Positions 1 through 9,284 are shown, numbered from the stretch's first letter. The stretch is DNA of 59,934 nucleotides from Phycisphaerales bacterium (GCA_029260555.1 JAJDCZ010000012.1:1-59934), one strand, 5' to 3'. Notes: a model not told the origin generated them from the letters alone. Numbers and translations: made by a program.

Positions 1-59
1 TCCTGTGAGAGCGGTGCGGCCATTGATGGCTCCTTCCCGGCCCGGTCCAAGGGCCAGCC

Positions 60-536
60 GTGAACATACAACGCCACGCCACAAGGCGCAACCGACCATG
101 CGCCAAACCTGCGCTACGAATTCAGTTGGGCTGCTCTAGTGGACAACTCGGATCATATCGAAATGTTCCTGAAAACATCACATACACGCTCGACACATCG
201 AATCCAGACCAATCTATATTAGGAACTACACTCATTACCGATGGGATTGACCACATGGTAAGACAAGGTCTTTTTGATGCTCCACCAACTGACAATCCCA
301 TTGGATTCTTTCGTATCCAGTTTACAGCAGGCAGCAAAGGGCATGATATTACAATGTCTTCTGATTTTTTTAGTTCTTTTGTTTCATCTTTTGGAATACC
401 TGCTGCTGCTACAAGTGCATCTCTGCCGATCGCTCTCCATGTTGTTCCCGCACCACCAGCTTTTATTCTAACTCTTTGCAGCTTTGCAATTGGAGTTCGG
501 CGCAAGCGAGCATTTCTACCTGACAGGATTAATTGA
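60..536 (+). CDS. Small protein with PEP-CTERM-like C-terminal sorting signal (VPAPP-hydrophobic stretch-RRKR). N-terminus uncertain: GTG start, no signal peptide seen.
   Basis: ORF track 60..536. C-terminal ...HVVPAPPAFILTLCSFAIGVRRKRAFLPDRIN matches the PEP-CTERM pattern (Pro-rich motif, TM helix, basic cluster). Lies in an AT-rich segment unlike the rest of the window. Confidence 0.3.
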   Translation: MNIQRHATRRNRPCAKPALRIQLGCSSGQLGSYRNVPENITYTLDTSNPDQSILGTTLITDGIDHMVRQGLFDAPPTDNPIGFFRIQFTAGSKGHDITMSSDFFSSFVSSFGIPAAATSASLPIALHVVPAPPAFILTLCSFAIGVRRKRAFLPDRIN

Positions 537-610
537 CAAGAACGCTCCCTCCCGGTCGCGGCTCGTTTTGATGCAGGATCAGAATACTTTTGTGCAGGTA
601 CGGCCGAGTG

Positions 611-1837
611 TTACTCATCCTGATTGGATACGAGCTTGTCAGACTGTTCGACGAACTTGTCGCCTTCCCAGGCGGTGTCTTTGGTGACTATGCCTGCCCG
701 GGCAGCTTTTTCTGCTGCTTTGACCTCGGCCTGACGACGGACAAGCTCGGCGTGTGTAGTGAAGTATCGCAGTGAATGGCCCCGGAAGTCTTCGATGGTT
801 TCAAAGTTATGTTTTTCCATAAAGGCGAGCAGTTGGTCTTGCATGGTTTTGACGAGGCTGTAGCCGTGGATCATGACGCCTGTGCAGACCTGGACGGTTT
901 GTGCGCCCATGAGTATGAACTGGGCAGCATCTTCGCCGGATTCAACGCCTCCGATGGCAGAGAGTGAGCGATCGGGAAAGTCGCCCTTGAAGGTGGGGTG
1001 TTCGTCGGTGCTGATGGGTGAGCCGCTGCCGCCGCCGTACATCATGGTGGCGAGCTCCATGACCATGCGAAGTGCGATGGGGCGGACCGCTTTACAGGAG
1101 TAGCCGCCAGGGACAGAGTAGCCTTCGACGGTGGGTTCGGGGCGGAGGGTTTCGAGGTTGACACCCATGACGCTGAGGATGGTGTTGATGGCAGCGATGC
1201 CATGACAGCCCGCATCAAGCGACGCACGGGCGGGCTCGGTGATGTGGGTGATGTTGGGCGTCATCTTGGCCCACACGGGAATCGTGGCTGCCTGCATCAC
1301 CCACTGGCAGACCTCGGTGAGGATCTCGGGGCACTGGCCCATGGCAGCACCCATCTTGCGCTCGGGCAGGCCATGAGGACAGGAGAAGTTCAGTTCAAAA
1401 GCATCAACGCCGCAGGCCTGGCAACGCTCGACAAGCTCTATCCAGGCATCCTTTGTACATTCCTCCATGATCGATGCGATGAGGCAGCGGTCAGGGTACT
1501 TGTCCTTGATCTTCTTGAACTCGTCTTCCCAGACTTCAAAGGGGCGATCGGAGATGAGTTCGATGTTTTCCCAGCCGATGACTTCGCGTGTGCCTTGAGC
1601 CCGCATTCGGGCGTAACGCGGAGCAACATTGATGACCTTGGAGGCATCAAGGCTAACGGTTTTGGCGATGACACCGCCCCAGCCTTCGTCAAAGGCTTTA
1701 GAGATGACATTGGCATTGGTGCCGGGGGGGCCGGAGCCGATGATGAAGGGATTGGGAAGATCAAGGCCATCAACTTTGACACGAAGACTGGGCATGGTTA
1801 TTCCTTTGCGATAGAACCAATGAGGAGTGTATCGCAT
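611..1837 (-). CDS. Dihydroorotate/dihydropyrimidine dehydrogenase family flavoprotein (PreA-like catalytic subunit). Lacks the C-terminal 2x[4Fe-4S] ferredoxin domain. Likely true start at 1795 (MPSLRV...).
   Basis: Motifs shared with E. coli PreA/DHODH class 1: PNPF, GWGGV..KT, AKMTPNI, GIAAINT, SGYSGKAVRPIALR, SAIGGVESGEDAAQF, GAQTVQVCTG. AGGAA RBS precedes the ATG at 1795. C-terminal ~70 aa are unrelated to ferredoxin. Confidence 0.7.
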   Translation of the reverse strand: MRYTPHWFYRKGITMPSLRVKVDGLDLPNPFIIGSGPPGTNANVISKAFDEGWGGVIAKTVSLDASKVINVAPRYARMRAQGTREVIGWENIELISDRPFEVWEDEFKKIKDKYPDRCLIASIMEECTKDAWIELVERCQACGVDAFELNFSCPHGLPERKMGAAMGQCPEILTEVCQWVMQAATIPVWAKMTPNITHITEPARASLDAGCHGIAAINTILSVMGVNLETLRPEPTVEGYSVPGGYSCKAVRPIALRMVMELATMMYGGGSGSPISTDEHPTFKGDFPDRSLSAIGGVESGEDAAQFILMGAQTVQVCTGVMIHGYSLVKTMQDQLLAFMEKHNFETIEDFRGHSLRYFTTHAELVRRQAEVKAAEKAARAGIVTKDTAWEGDKFVEQSDKLVSNQDE

Positions 1838-1973
1838 TGGACGGGGGCGAGGTGCGATGCCCCGCCCGGGATTTCAGGTCAGGCATATCCAGTCTCTGGA
1901 TATGTGCACAAATATCCCATGAACGCCGCCCGATGGCGGCGAGTCCATTTGCAGCACGCTGATGATTCAACGC

Positions 1974-4454
1974 TTACGGGCAGCCGGCAGCGAAGAGCGT
2001 GATAAAGGCGAAGAAGTCCAGCACATCAATTGAGCCGTTGCCATCAAGGTCAGCAACCAGATCGTTGTTGTTGAACGCGACAATGAATGCGAAGAAGTCC
2101 AGCACATCGACAGCACCGTCGCCATTGATATCAACCGGGCAGGGCGGCGGCCCCTTTGTAATCGTAAAGTGATCGTTGATCGTACCCAGGTTGTTGATAA
2201 ACACCGCATCCAGGCGGTTGTCATCCACATCGATCACCATGGACCCAAGGATATTGAGCGAGGTGAACATGGCAGGGTGGTTCAGCGCGCCGCCACTGAT
2301 CTTGCCGGAACTGCCCGGCACAGCAAACACAGCACCTTCGTTGGGAGCCAACCCGGCGGTTGGCTTGTTATAGACACCGGTACCATCCTCGCGTCCATCG
2401 CCTCCATCGAGAATCATCGCAGGCACGAGCGTACCGGAAGAACCGTAATGGCCGTTGAGAAGGAATGATCGTTCATAAGAATGGCTGTGCCCGCTGAGCA
2501 CAAGATCAACACCGGCAGCCTCCAGGATGGGCAAGGCATTCTGACGCATGTCGATCAAGCGTCCCTCGATATCAGAGTTGTGTGACCCTTTGGAATAAGG
2601 TGGATGGTGCCAGAATGCAATGATCCAAGGCTGAAGAGTGGATGCCAGGTCGTTTTGCAGCCAGGTCAGCATCGGTCCTCCGACTGAGCGGTTGGTTTCA
2701 TATGACTCGAGGCAAATGAAATGAATGTTGGCATAATCAAACGAGTAGTACGCCTCGGTTCCAGAAGCGATGCCGCCGGATTCAGCGTTGCGTGGAAGCG
2801 TGAAGATGTCATAGTACGGGCCGCTCTCTGTAGCTGAATCCGCCGTGAACCCATCATGATTGCCCAGGGTCGACCAGAGCATTGTTGTGCGAAGGATCGT
2901 GGGGTACATATTGAACACGGCGTTCTGGTACTCGTTGTCCGTGCCACTGTTGTAAGCGTTGTCGCCAAGCATGAGCCACACATCGGCGGGGTTGCCAACG
3001 GCATATGCGAGGTATGCATCACGAACCGCAGCGGCGTTGGCATTGGCGGTTCCAGAGTCACCAATCGCCCAGATCCGAACAGGCTGAACTGTGCCAGCCA
3101 CGGGCGATGTTTTGAAGCTGTGGTCAACATCATCACCAGCGAGCAGCTGTGTGCTTGATCCGACCGAGTAGAAATAGACGGTGTTGGCTGTCAATCCTGT
3201 CAGGACAACTTCGTGATTGGTTGTAAATGCAGGATCATTAACGGTGTTCACCAGACTACCCGGAGCTGAGCCATACTGAACACGGCTATTGGTTGGAACA
3301 TCCGTCCGCCATTTCACGACGGCGCTGCTTGGCGTTCCACGCTGGAGATATGGACCTCGGATGATCGAAGAAATGCCAGTAGCCACTTCGATTCGCACAT
3401 CAAGACTGATATCACTGCTCGTGCCGCCGACCTGATGGATCTCGACTGCGAGCGTGTTGGCTCCTGGGACGAGTGCTGAAGCATCAACAAAAACAACTTC
3501 GTAGGCATACTCAGATCCACTTGCGATGGGAGCTGTAGCAGTTGTCAGGTATCCAATTGTCCCAGCGGGCATATTGGATCGGTGGACTTCAACGCCATTG
3601 ACATACATGACTGCGCCATCATCGCGCATGAGTGATACATTCAGGCCTCCGATGGCTCCGGGATTCGGTATATCAAAGGAGTGGCGAAAATAGGTCGTGA
3701 TGTATTTATTAGAGGGGCTGGGTCCAAAGCTGACGACGGTGGCTTCATCGCCATCGCCATAGCCGATTTCACCGGGACCAGATGCCCATGTTGAGTCATC
3801 AAATGCAGGCAGATTCCAGAGGGTTCCCTGATCTGTGCCATTATCCAGGTACTTCCACACCATGCTCTCAGCCAACCGCAGGTCAAAGCTTAAATCTGAA
3901 CTGGTAGCCGTGCGCTGATGCAGTTCTACTGCGATCACATTGACGCCTGCAACGAGCAAGGCAGGATTCACGGTTGCTTTATAAAAACGGGACTCATTTG
4001 AGCCACTGACTGTTGAACTTGCATGAGTGAGGTAGTCGTAGACCCCAGCGGTCATATTTGATCGCAAGACTTCGGTGCCATTGAGATAGACAACGACTCC
4101 GTCATCGCGAAGCACCGAGAGTGTCAGACCGGAGATCGCAGCAGGATTGGCGACATTGAACGAATGTCGTAAATAGGTCGTGATGTACTTGTTGGAGGCG
4201 TTGGGACCGAAGCTGACAACCGTGGCTTCGTCACCTTCGCCATAGCCGAGTTGAGCTGGCCCGGTTGCCCACAGTGAATCATCAAAGGCCAGAGCCCGCC
4301 ATGCAGTGCCTTGATCTGATCCATCATCAAGGTAACTCCAGATCGCACCCGTTTCGATCAAAGGCGTATCCAGAGCTCCCGCCTTGAGCGTGCCAAATGC
4401 AAACAGAAATACGCTGACCAGACCACACCCAAAACGCCCATATTTGCTGAACAT
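1974..4454 (-). CDS. Secreted multi-domain calcineurin-like metallophosphoesterase (purple-acid-phosphatase-like) with two N-terminal tandem ~170-aa repeats and a C-terminal dockerin-like Ca-binding module
   Basis: Signal peptide MFSKYGRFGCGLVSVFLFAFGTLKAGA. Two homologous repeats (YGEGDEATVVSFGPNASNKYITTY / YGDGDEATVVSFGPSPSNKYITTY ... LRDDGVVVYLNGTEVLRSNM / MRDDGAVMYVNGVEVHRSNM). PAP N-terminal/FN3-like segment. Metallophosphatase motifs GDSG, GDNAY, GNHD, GHSHSYER. C-terminal DINGDGAVDVLDFFAF...DLDGNGSIDVLDFFAF is a two-repeat dockerin/EF-hand-like module. GGAGAG RBS. Confidence 0.7.
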   Translation of the reverse strand: MFSKYGRFGCGLVSVFLFAFGTLKAGALDTPLIETGAIWSYLDDGSDQGTAWRALAFDDSLWATGPAQLGYGEGDEATVVSFGPNASNKYITTYLRHSFNVANPAAISGLTLSVLRDDGVVVYLNGTEVLRSNMTAGVYDYLTHASSTVSGSNESRFYKATVNPALLVAGVNVIAVELHQRTATSSDLSFDLRLAESMVWKYLDNGTDQGTLWNLPAFDDSTWASGPGEIGYGDGDEATVVSFGPSPSNKYITTYFRHSFDIPNPGAIGGLNVSLMRDDGAVMYVNGVEVHRSNMPAGTIGYLTTATAPIASGSEYAYEVVFVDASALVPGANTLAVEIHQVGGTSSDISLDVRIEVATGISSIIRGPYLQRGTPSSAVVKWRTDVPTNSRVQYGSAPGSLVNTVNDPAFTTNHEVVLTGLTANTVYFYSVGSSTQLLAGDDVDHSFKTSPVAGTVQPVRIWAIGDSGTANANAAAVRDAYLAYAVGNPADVWLMLGDNAYNSGTDNEYQNAVFNMYPTILRTTMLWSTLGNHDGFTADSATESGPYYDIFTLPRNAESGGIASGTEAYYSFDYANIHFICLESYETNRSVGGPMLTWLQNDLASTLQPWIIAFWHHPPYSKGSHNSDIEGRLIDMRQNALPILEAAGVDLVLSGHSHSYERSFLLNGHYGSSGTLVPAMILDGGDGREDGTGVYNKPTAGLAPNEGAVFAVPGSSGKISGGALNHPAMFTSLNILGSMVIDVDDNRLDAVFINNLGTINDHFTITKGPPPCPVDINGDGAVDVLDFFAFIVAFNNNDLVADLDGNGSIDVLDFFAFITLFAAGCP

Positions 4455-4629
4455 TGTTATCTCTCCACGAAGTCATGCTTCAGTCTGGAATCAAACTGAT
4501 CGCAGCAACCAGTATAATCAAAACCGGAGGCTTGCTTGCTATAAAAACCTGCAAAGATACTTTTTTTACTCCAAGTGGCTTTGCGTGCCATTCAGAAGCC
4601 TTACAAGGATGCCGCTCGACCGGAGTTTG

Positions 4630-5523
4630 TCAATCTGGTTTGGGTGCGGGCATCTTTGAGTTGTTCTTGACGGGATGCCGTTCATCCAGCCGCGCCAGTG
4701 CTTTGACAGCCTGGGCTTCGAGTGCATTGGTCGCTTTGGATTTGCGAAACCGAAGGGGGAGTTTGCGAATCGCTGCAAGCCCGGCTTCATACGCTGACCT
4801 TGCCTGGGCGATCCGTTGTGCCTCTTCAAGTATCTTGCCACGCCGAATCAAATACCCCTCTTTGCGCTGTGATTGTTTTCCCACGGCATCCAGCCGCGTG
4901 AGAGCTTGATCAACATGTCCGAGCTTGAGTTCCAGATCAATCGCGTACAACTCAAGAGTGACCAGTGGGCCAAATCGCTCGATGCCCTCATCAATGCCAT
5001 TAAGCGCATCCTTGAGATGCGCATCTCCAGCCAGGATATACTCACCAGCACGCTCCAGATAGTAATCGGGCTTGGGATCAGACAGATACTTGATTGCGCG
5101 GGTGTAATCCTGAGCTGCTGAAAGATGCTCCCCCGCTGCTGCTAGAGCACGCCCTCGCGTGAGCAGTGCTGTGGCATCCTCAGCATGATCCCGTAAATAC
5201 ACATCGAGAACGACCTTGGCAGACTTGGGCCAGCCTCCTTTAAGCAATGCTACAGCCCGCGCCACTTGTGCCCGGTCCATCGCGGGGTCAAGCTGGAGCA
5301 CACTCTCAAAGTCTGCCATGGCTGCGTCCCAGTCTTCATGCTGAAGATGCAGTTCACCACGATCAAAGTAGAGCTGTGCATTCCCGGGATGCTGTTGAAT
5401 CTGTTTGGTCGCAGCCTCGATGCGCAGCTCAAGATCAGGATGAGCCATGCGCCCATAACAAACCGAAGCAAACACAACCGCCAGAACTGGCAACACCCGG
5501 AACACTCGATAACGCTTTTCCAT
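4630..5523 (-). CDS. Tetratricopeptide-repeat protein with N-terminal signal/anchor. Start moved to MEKRYRVF at 5523 (GGAGG RBS 8 nt upstream).
   Basis: Hydrophobic N-terminus VLPVLAVVFASVCYG followed by repeated TPR-like helices (LYFDRGELHLQHEDWDAAMADFESVLQLDP, AQDYTRAIKYL...). Confidence 0.6.
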   Translation of the reverse strand: MEKRYRVFRVLPVLAVVFASVCYGRMAHPDLELRIEAATKQIQQHPGNAQLYFDRGELHLQHEDWDAAMADFESVLQLDPAMDRAQVARAVALLKGGWPKSAKVVLDVYLRDHAEDATALLTRGRALAAAGEHLSAAQDYTRAIKYLSDPKPDYYLERAGEYILAGDAHLKDALNGIDEGIERFGPLVTLELYAIDLELKLGHVDQALTRLDAVGKQSQRKEGYLIRRGKILEEAQRIAQARSAYEAGLAAIRKLPLRFRKSKATNALEAQAVKALARLDERHPVKNNSKMPAPKPD

Positions 5524-6039
5524 CACGACACCTCCGCTGTGAACAACACGCCCAAAGGCCACTCTCGCAAAGAGTCCTGCTGCTGCATGATTCTAACACA
5601 TAGCCGCAGGGCGAAGCTGAAAGTCTGTTGTTGACTCAATGGCAAATGCCCTCAGCATCAGACGAGGCTTAAGGCATGCACCATGTACGGTGTGGCCGGT
5701 GAGCCAGAATACGAACGGGGTGCGACCAACGCAGCGTGAATGTTGGCCAGCGCAAGGTCCGCGATCGTGAACAGAGCACAAATGCAGCACGATTTTGCTC
5801 TGATGTTGCGGGCACAGCCTTCGGTATGCCAATCTATACGGGATCGGCCATGGGCACAAGAGTTGAAGTGAGATAAATGAATGTGGGATTTGTGGCCCTG
5901 AATGTCCGGATGCCCATGACCAATGCCACAGACCAGTCCCTTAAACACCCTGCGCTCATCCCCGCAATATAACACTGACCTGCAGACAGGTCCGTGACAC
6001 AGCACTGCTTCCGTTGATCTGCCCCGCGTTTGCTATCTC

Positions 6040-6900
6040 TTACTTCTCGTAACTGAATACGCCTCGCCTGGTCTTGTTGCCAAGCCGGCCTGCACTTACC
6101 AGTTGCTTGATCAGCGGACAGGCACGATAGCGTTCATTGTTCAGACCCTCTGCCATCACATCCATGATGTGAACGCAGGTATCCAAGCCGATGAAATCAG
6201 CCAGGCGCAGCGGCCCCATCGGATGTGCCATGCCGAGCATCATGATCTGATCAATGTGCTCAGGCTCTGCAACGCCTTCCATCCAGGCGTAAAACGCTTC
6301 GTTAATCATGGGCATGAGTACGCGGTTGGACACAAAACCCGCCCGGTCGTTGGCGGGCACAGCCACCTTGCCCATCGCCTCTGCCAGTGCAATCGTGCGC
6401 TTGGTCACTTCAGGACAAGTGGCAAGGCCGTTGATCACTTCCACCAGCTTCATCACAGGCACCGGGTTGAAAAAGTGCATGCCGATGACACGATCTGCCG
6501 CGGCCCCGGCAGCGGTCGCAATAGTCGTGATGCTGATGCTGGAGGTGTTGGTCGCCAGAATCTGCTGGTCGGTAAGCATGGTTGCGAGTTTGGCGAACAG
6601 TTCGGTTTTGACCGCTTCGTTTTCGACGATGGCTTCGATCACGATATCTGCTGATGCCAGATCATCAAGATTGGAGACGAAACCGATGCGCTCCTTGGCA
6701 GCATCAGCTTCCTGCTGGGTCATGCGTTCTTTCTGGACCGCACGGGCGAGCAGTTTGTCGTGAAGAGCCTGGCATTTGGTGATAGCCTGGTCGTATTGAT
6801 CGTAAACGATGGTACTAAAGCCACTGATGCCAGCGACCTGGGCGATGCCGCCTCCCATTTGACCTGCTCCGATGACGCCGACTGTCTTGATTGAGTGCAT
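6040..6900 (-). CDS. hbd: 3-hydroxyacyl-CoA / 3-hydroxybutyryl-CoA dehydrogenase (NAD-binding)
   Basis: N-terminal Rossmann VGVIGAGQMGGGIAQV. 286 aa with the HFFNPVPVMKLVEV and RAGFVSNRVL motifs typical of Hbd/PaaH/FadB C-terminal family. AGGGAG RBS. Confidence 0.85.
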   Translation of the reverse strand: MHSIKTVGVIGAGQMGGGIAQVAGISGFSTIVYDQYDQAITKCQALHDKLLARAVQKERMTQQEADAAKERIGFVSNLDDLASADIVIEAIVENEAVKTELFAKLATMLTDQQILATNTSSISITTIATAAGAAADRVIGMHFFNPVPVMKLVEVINGLATCPEVTKRTIALAEAMGKVAVPANDRAGFVSNRVLMPMINEAFYAWMEGVAEPEHIDQIMMLGMAHPMGPLRLADFIGLDTCVHIMDVMAEGLNNERYRACPLIKQLVSAGRLGNKTRRGVFSYEK

Positions 6901-7112
6901 CTGACAACTCCCTGGTAGGCTGATTTGTGCTCAGGCTGATGAATCAGAGGACACCACGCCCTATGACCATAAGCCGTATCAAGATTCTAGGCTCCGTTAT
7001 GACAATCAGCCCGAATCACAGGAGCGATATCAATGCCAGTTCTGGCGTCAACGCCTGTCTGCATATAGACTGTGGGCGGATAATGTGATTGGACCTGTTG
7101 AGGAAAAGAATC

Positions 7113-7424
7113 ATGCCGACGATCGCGCAACTTGAAGCGGTTTTAAAGACTGAACCTGACGATGCTTTTCTGCTGTATGGCTTGGCTCAGGCACACGCAA
7201 AGGAAGGCGAGCACGAAACCGCCATATCCTACTACGATCGCTGTCTGGAACAGGATGCAACGACCTGCTATGCGCATTATCACAAGGCCCGGTCGCTGGA
7301 ATCGATCGGAAAAATTGCTGATGCCCGAGCTGAACTGGAACTGTGCGCACAAGTCGGAGATCAGGTGGGTGATGCAAAGGCAGCCAGCGAAGCCCTGGAG
7401 TATCTGGCTGCGCTGGAAGCATGA
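7113..7424 (+). CDS. Small TPR-like protein (about 103 aa)
   Basis: ORF 7089..7424. ATG at 7113 preceded by GAGGAAAAG. TPR-like helices (LLYGLAQAHAKEGEHETAISYYDRCLEQD, YHKARSLESIGKIADA). Confidence 0.5.
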   Translation: MPTIAQLEAVLKTEPDDAFLLYGLAQAHAKEGEHETAISYYDRCLEQDATTCYAHYHKARSLESIGKIADARAELELCAQVGDQVGDAKAASEALEYLAALEA

Positions 7425-7430
7425 CAAAGC

Positions 7431-8099
7431 ATGGCTGATTTATTTGATCATCACGAATCCCGAATCACAGCCCTCATGCCAACCGGGTCTGATGTGGCCC
7501 GGGTTCGTGTGCTGATCGACCAGAGACGGGTGGCGACAATCAGCGTGGACCAGGTGCAGGAGCTTGGGCTCACAGTCGATATGCCTTGTGATGAGATCCT
7601 GATCGATCGGATCATGCAGGCTCAACAGCTTGACATGGCTCGCAAAGATGCCCAGAAAATGCTGTCACGGTCTGCGAGGTCGTGTGCGCGAGTGTCAAAT
7701 GATCTTGATCGCAAGGGATACGATGTACAGATCATTCAGCGGGTGATTGACGAGTTGCAAATGGTGCAGCTTCTGGATGATCACAGATTGGCGCTGGATG
7801 TAATTCGCAATCAGCGTGAAAAAAACAGCGTGGAAGATCGGCTGCTGGAACACAAACTGTTGCAGATGGGCGTGAGCGAAGAGACTATCGCACAGGCACT
7901 TGCTCAAGAGAGAAATACTGAGCCTGCGCTTCAGCGTGCTGTGCGATTGATCGAGCTTAAAAAGGGCGAGGGAGATTCCAGAGCAGCTGCTCGTGCAGCA
8001 GGATTGCTCGCCAGACGCGGGTTTGATGAACAGACGGTTGTCGAAGCAATCAGCCGGGTCTTTGGAGATCCGGGCGACGCGGACGGATGGCTTGAATAG
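7431..8099 (+). CDS. recX: RecX-family regulatory protein (RecA inhibitor) with about 60-aa N-terminal extension
   Basis: Three-repeat helical architecture. C-terminal segments align with E. coli RecX (LDRKGYDVQIIQRVIDELQMVQLLDDHRLA; DRLLEHKLLQMGVSEETIAQAL; LLARRGFDEQTVVEAISRVF). No recA adjacent. Confidence 0.65.
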   Translation: MADLFDHHESRITALMPTGSDVARVRVLIDQRRVATISVDQVQELGLTVDMPCDEILIDRIMQAQQLDMARKDAQKMLSRSARSCARVSNDLDRKGYDVQIIQRVIDELQMVQLLDDHRLALDVIRNQREKNSVEDRLLEHKLLQMGVSEETIAQALAQERNTEPALQRAVRLIELKKGEGDSRAAARAAGLLARRGFDEQTVVEAISRVFGDPGDADGWLE

Positions 8100-8127
8100 A
8101 CTGCCCGGACCCCAAGGGAGTACATAC

Positions 8128-8775
8128 ATGCGGTTTTCAATCACACATACCACGGTTTTTGCTCTGCCGATGCTGATGCTCACAGGCAGCGGGTGCATGA
8201 CGCAATCCAACGACATCGTCAGTCTCAGTCCCGAAGTTTCGCTGTTTGCTTTTGATGCGGGGATGGTTGATGGTGAGAGTGCAGAGTTGGTATCTGATGA
8301 GCCCACGCTGACAGGGCTGGATCGATCAGCTTGGAGGCAGACGACGGTGGTTGTGCCTGCATCTGCGATTTGGAGCAAGCCGACCTATGCCAGGCCTTTG
8401 AATCTTGCACAGAGCATGGATCGTCAACGCGGCACATACCCATCTGCAACCTCAGCACTGGGACTTGAAGACCCCCATTTCATTCACCAGGGGTTTGAAG
8501 CAGTGACATCGCCGGTGGCTGGGGTGATAGACCTTGTACTCATGCCTTTGCGAGCAGCGATGGCTTTGCCCTGGCAAGATGCCCGCTATCCCGTCGATCA
8601 GTTGCAGCTTTCACCCGGGCTCTGGTCCGATGCTGAGCAGATGCAAAGCGAACCTGACAAGACTGAATCAAAAGAAGCTGAGCCACTCGGGGATGATGAA
8701 AATGGGGATGAGGGTGGGGAGGGGGGTGATGATGCGCAGGATGATTCACTGGTGCAGAGCCCGATTCATGAATGA
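8128..8775 (+). CDS. Lipoprotein of unknown function with acidic C-terminal tail
   Basis: ATG at 8128 after AAGGGAG. Lipobox LMLTGSGC. C-terminal EPLGDDENGDEGGEGGDDAQDD. The upstream part of ORF 7993..8775 overlaps recX and was trimmed. Confidence 0.5.
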   Translation: MRFSITHTTVFALPMLMLTGSGCMTQSNDIVSLSPEVSLFAFDAGMVDGESAELVSDEPTLTGLDRSAWRQTTVVVPASAIWSKPTYARPLNLAQSMDRQRGTYPSATSALGLEDPHFIHQGFEAVTSPVAGVIDLVLMPLRAAMALPWQDARYPVDQLQLSPGLWSDAEQMQSEPDKTESKEAEPLGDDENGDEGGEGGDDAQDDSLVQSPIHE

Positions 8776-9190
8776 GCATGACGAGCGAGGGCTTTCGCCT
8801 AAGCACCGCAGGCTTCACACTGACAGCGAAGTCTCACCTGTTGAGGCGCGTACAGCATTACAAGATACATGTGAACAATCAAGGCCTGTAGTGCTTGATG
8901 TTCGGCTTGAATCTGAACGAGATGTTGCAGCCATCAACACGCTGACAGTGCATATCCCCCTTCACGAACTGGAAGACAGGCTCGATGAACTCGAGGAATT
9001 TGCAGAAAGACCGATTCTGGTGCTGTGCCATCATGGGGTGCGATCACTTAAAGCTGCGCTCATGATACAAAGTCTTGGCTATGAACAGGCCAAATCTATC
9101 GCAGGGGGCATTGAAGCATGGTCAATCGCGATTGATCCCCAAGTGCCTCGGTACACACGCAACGGGGCACAGTGTTCGGTGATTTGCTGA
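8768..9190 (+). CDS. Single-domain rhodanese-like sulfurtransferase
   Basis: In-frame ATG at 8768 overlaps the lipoprotein stop (ATGAATGA). Rhodanese fold with active-site loop LVLCHHGVRSLKAA and C-terminal GGIEAW. Confidence 0.7.
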   Translation: MNEHDERGLSPKHRRLHTDSEVSPVEARTALQDTCEQSRPVVLDVRLESERDVAAINTLTVHIPLHELEDRLDELEEFAERPILVLCHHGVRSLKAALMIQSLGYEQAKSIAGGIEAWSIAIDPQVPRYTRNGAQCSVIC

Positions 9191-9210
9191 ACAAGCTGTA
9201 AGGGGGGAAA

Positions 9211-9284
9211 CATCCCGGAGAGGGCTCGAACCTCTGACCTGCGATTTAGAAGACCGCTGCTCTATCCAACTGAGCTACCGGGAC
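9211..9284 (-). tRNA. tRNA-Arg (anticodon TCT)
   Basis: Reverse complement GTCCCGGTAGCTCAGTTGGATAGAGCAGCGGTCTTCTAAATCGCAGGTCAGAGGTTCGAGCCCTCTCCGGGATG. 7-bp acceptor stem, D arm GCTC/GAGC, anticodon stem GCGGT/ATCGC with loop CTTCTAA (TCT), T arm AGAGG-TTCGAGC-CCTCT. No encoded CCA. Confidence 0.85.

Noticed and set aside
1202-2002. 266-aa plus-strand ORF
   Set aside because: Antisense to the PreA-like gene, whose motifs are unambiguous. No homology signal. GC-rich shadow frame.
7993-8127. 5' extension of ORF 7993..8775 overlapping recX
   Set aside because: The extension overlaps the recX coding region in another frame and has no signal peptide. The internal ATG at 8128 has an AAGGGAG RBS and is followed immediately by a lipoprotein signal peptide.
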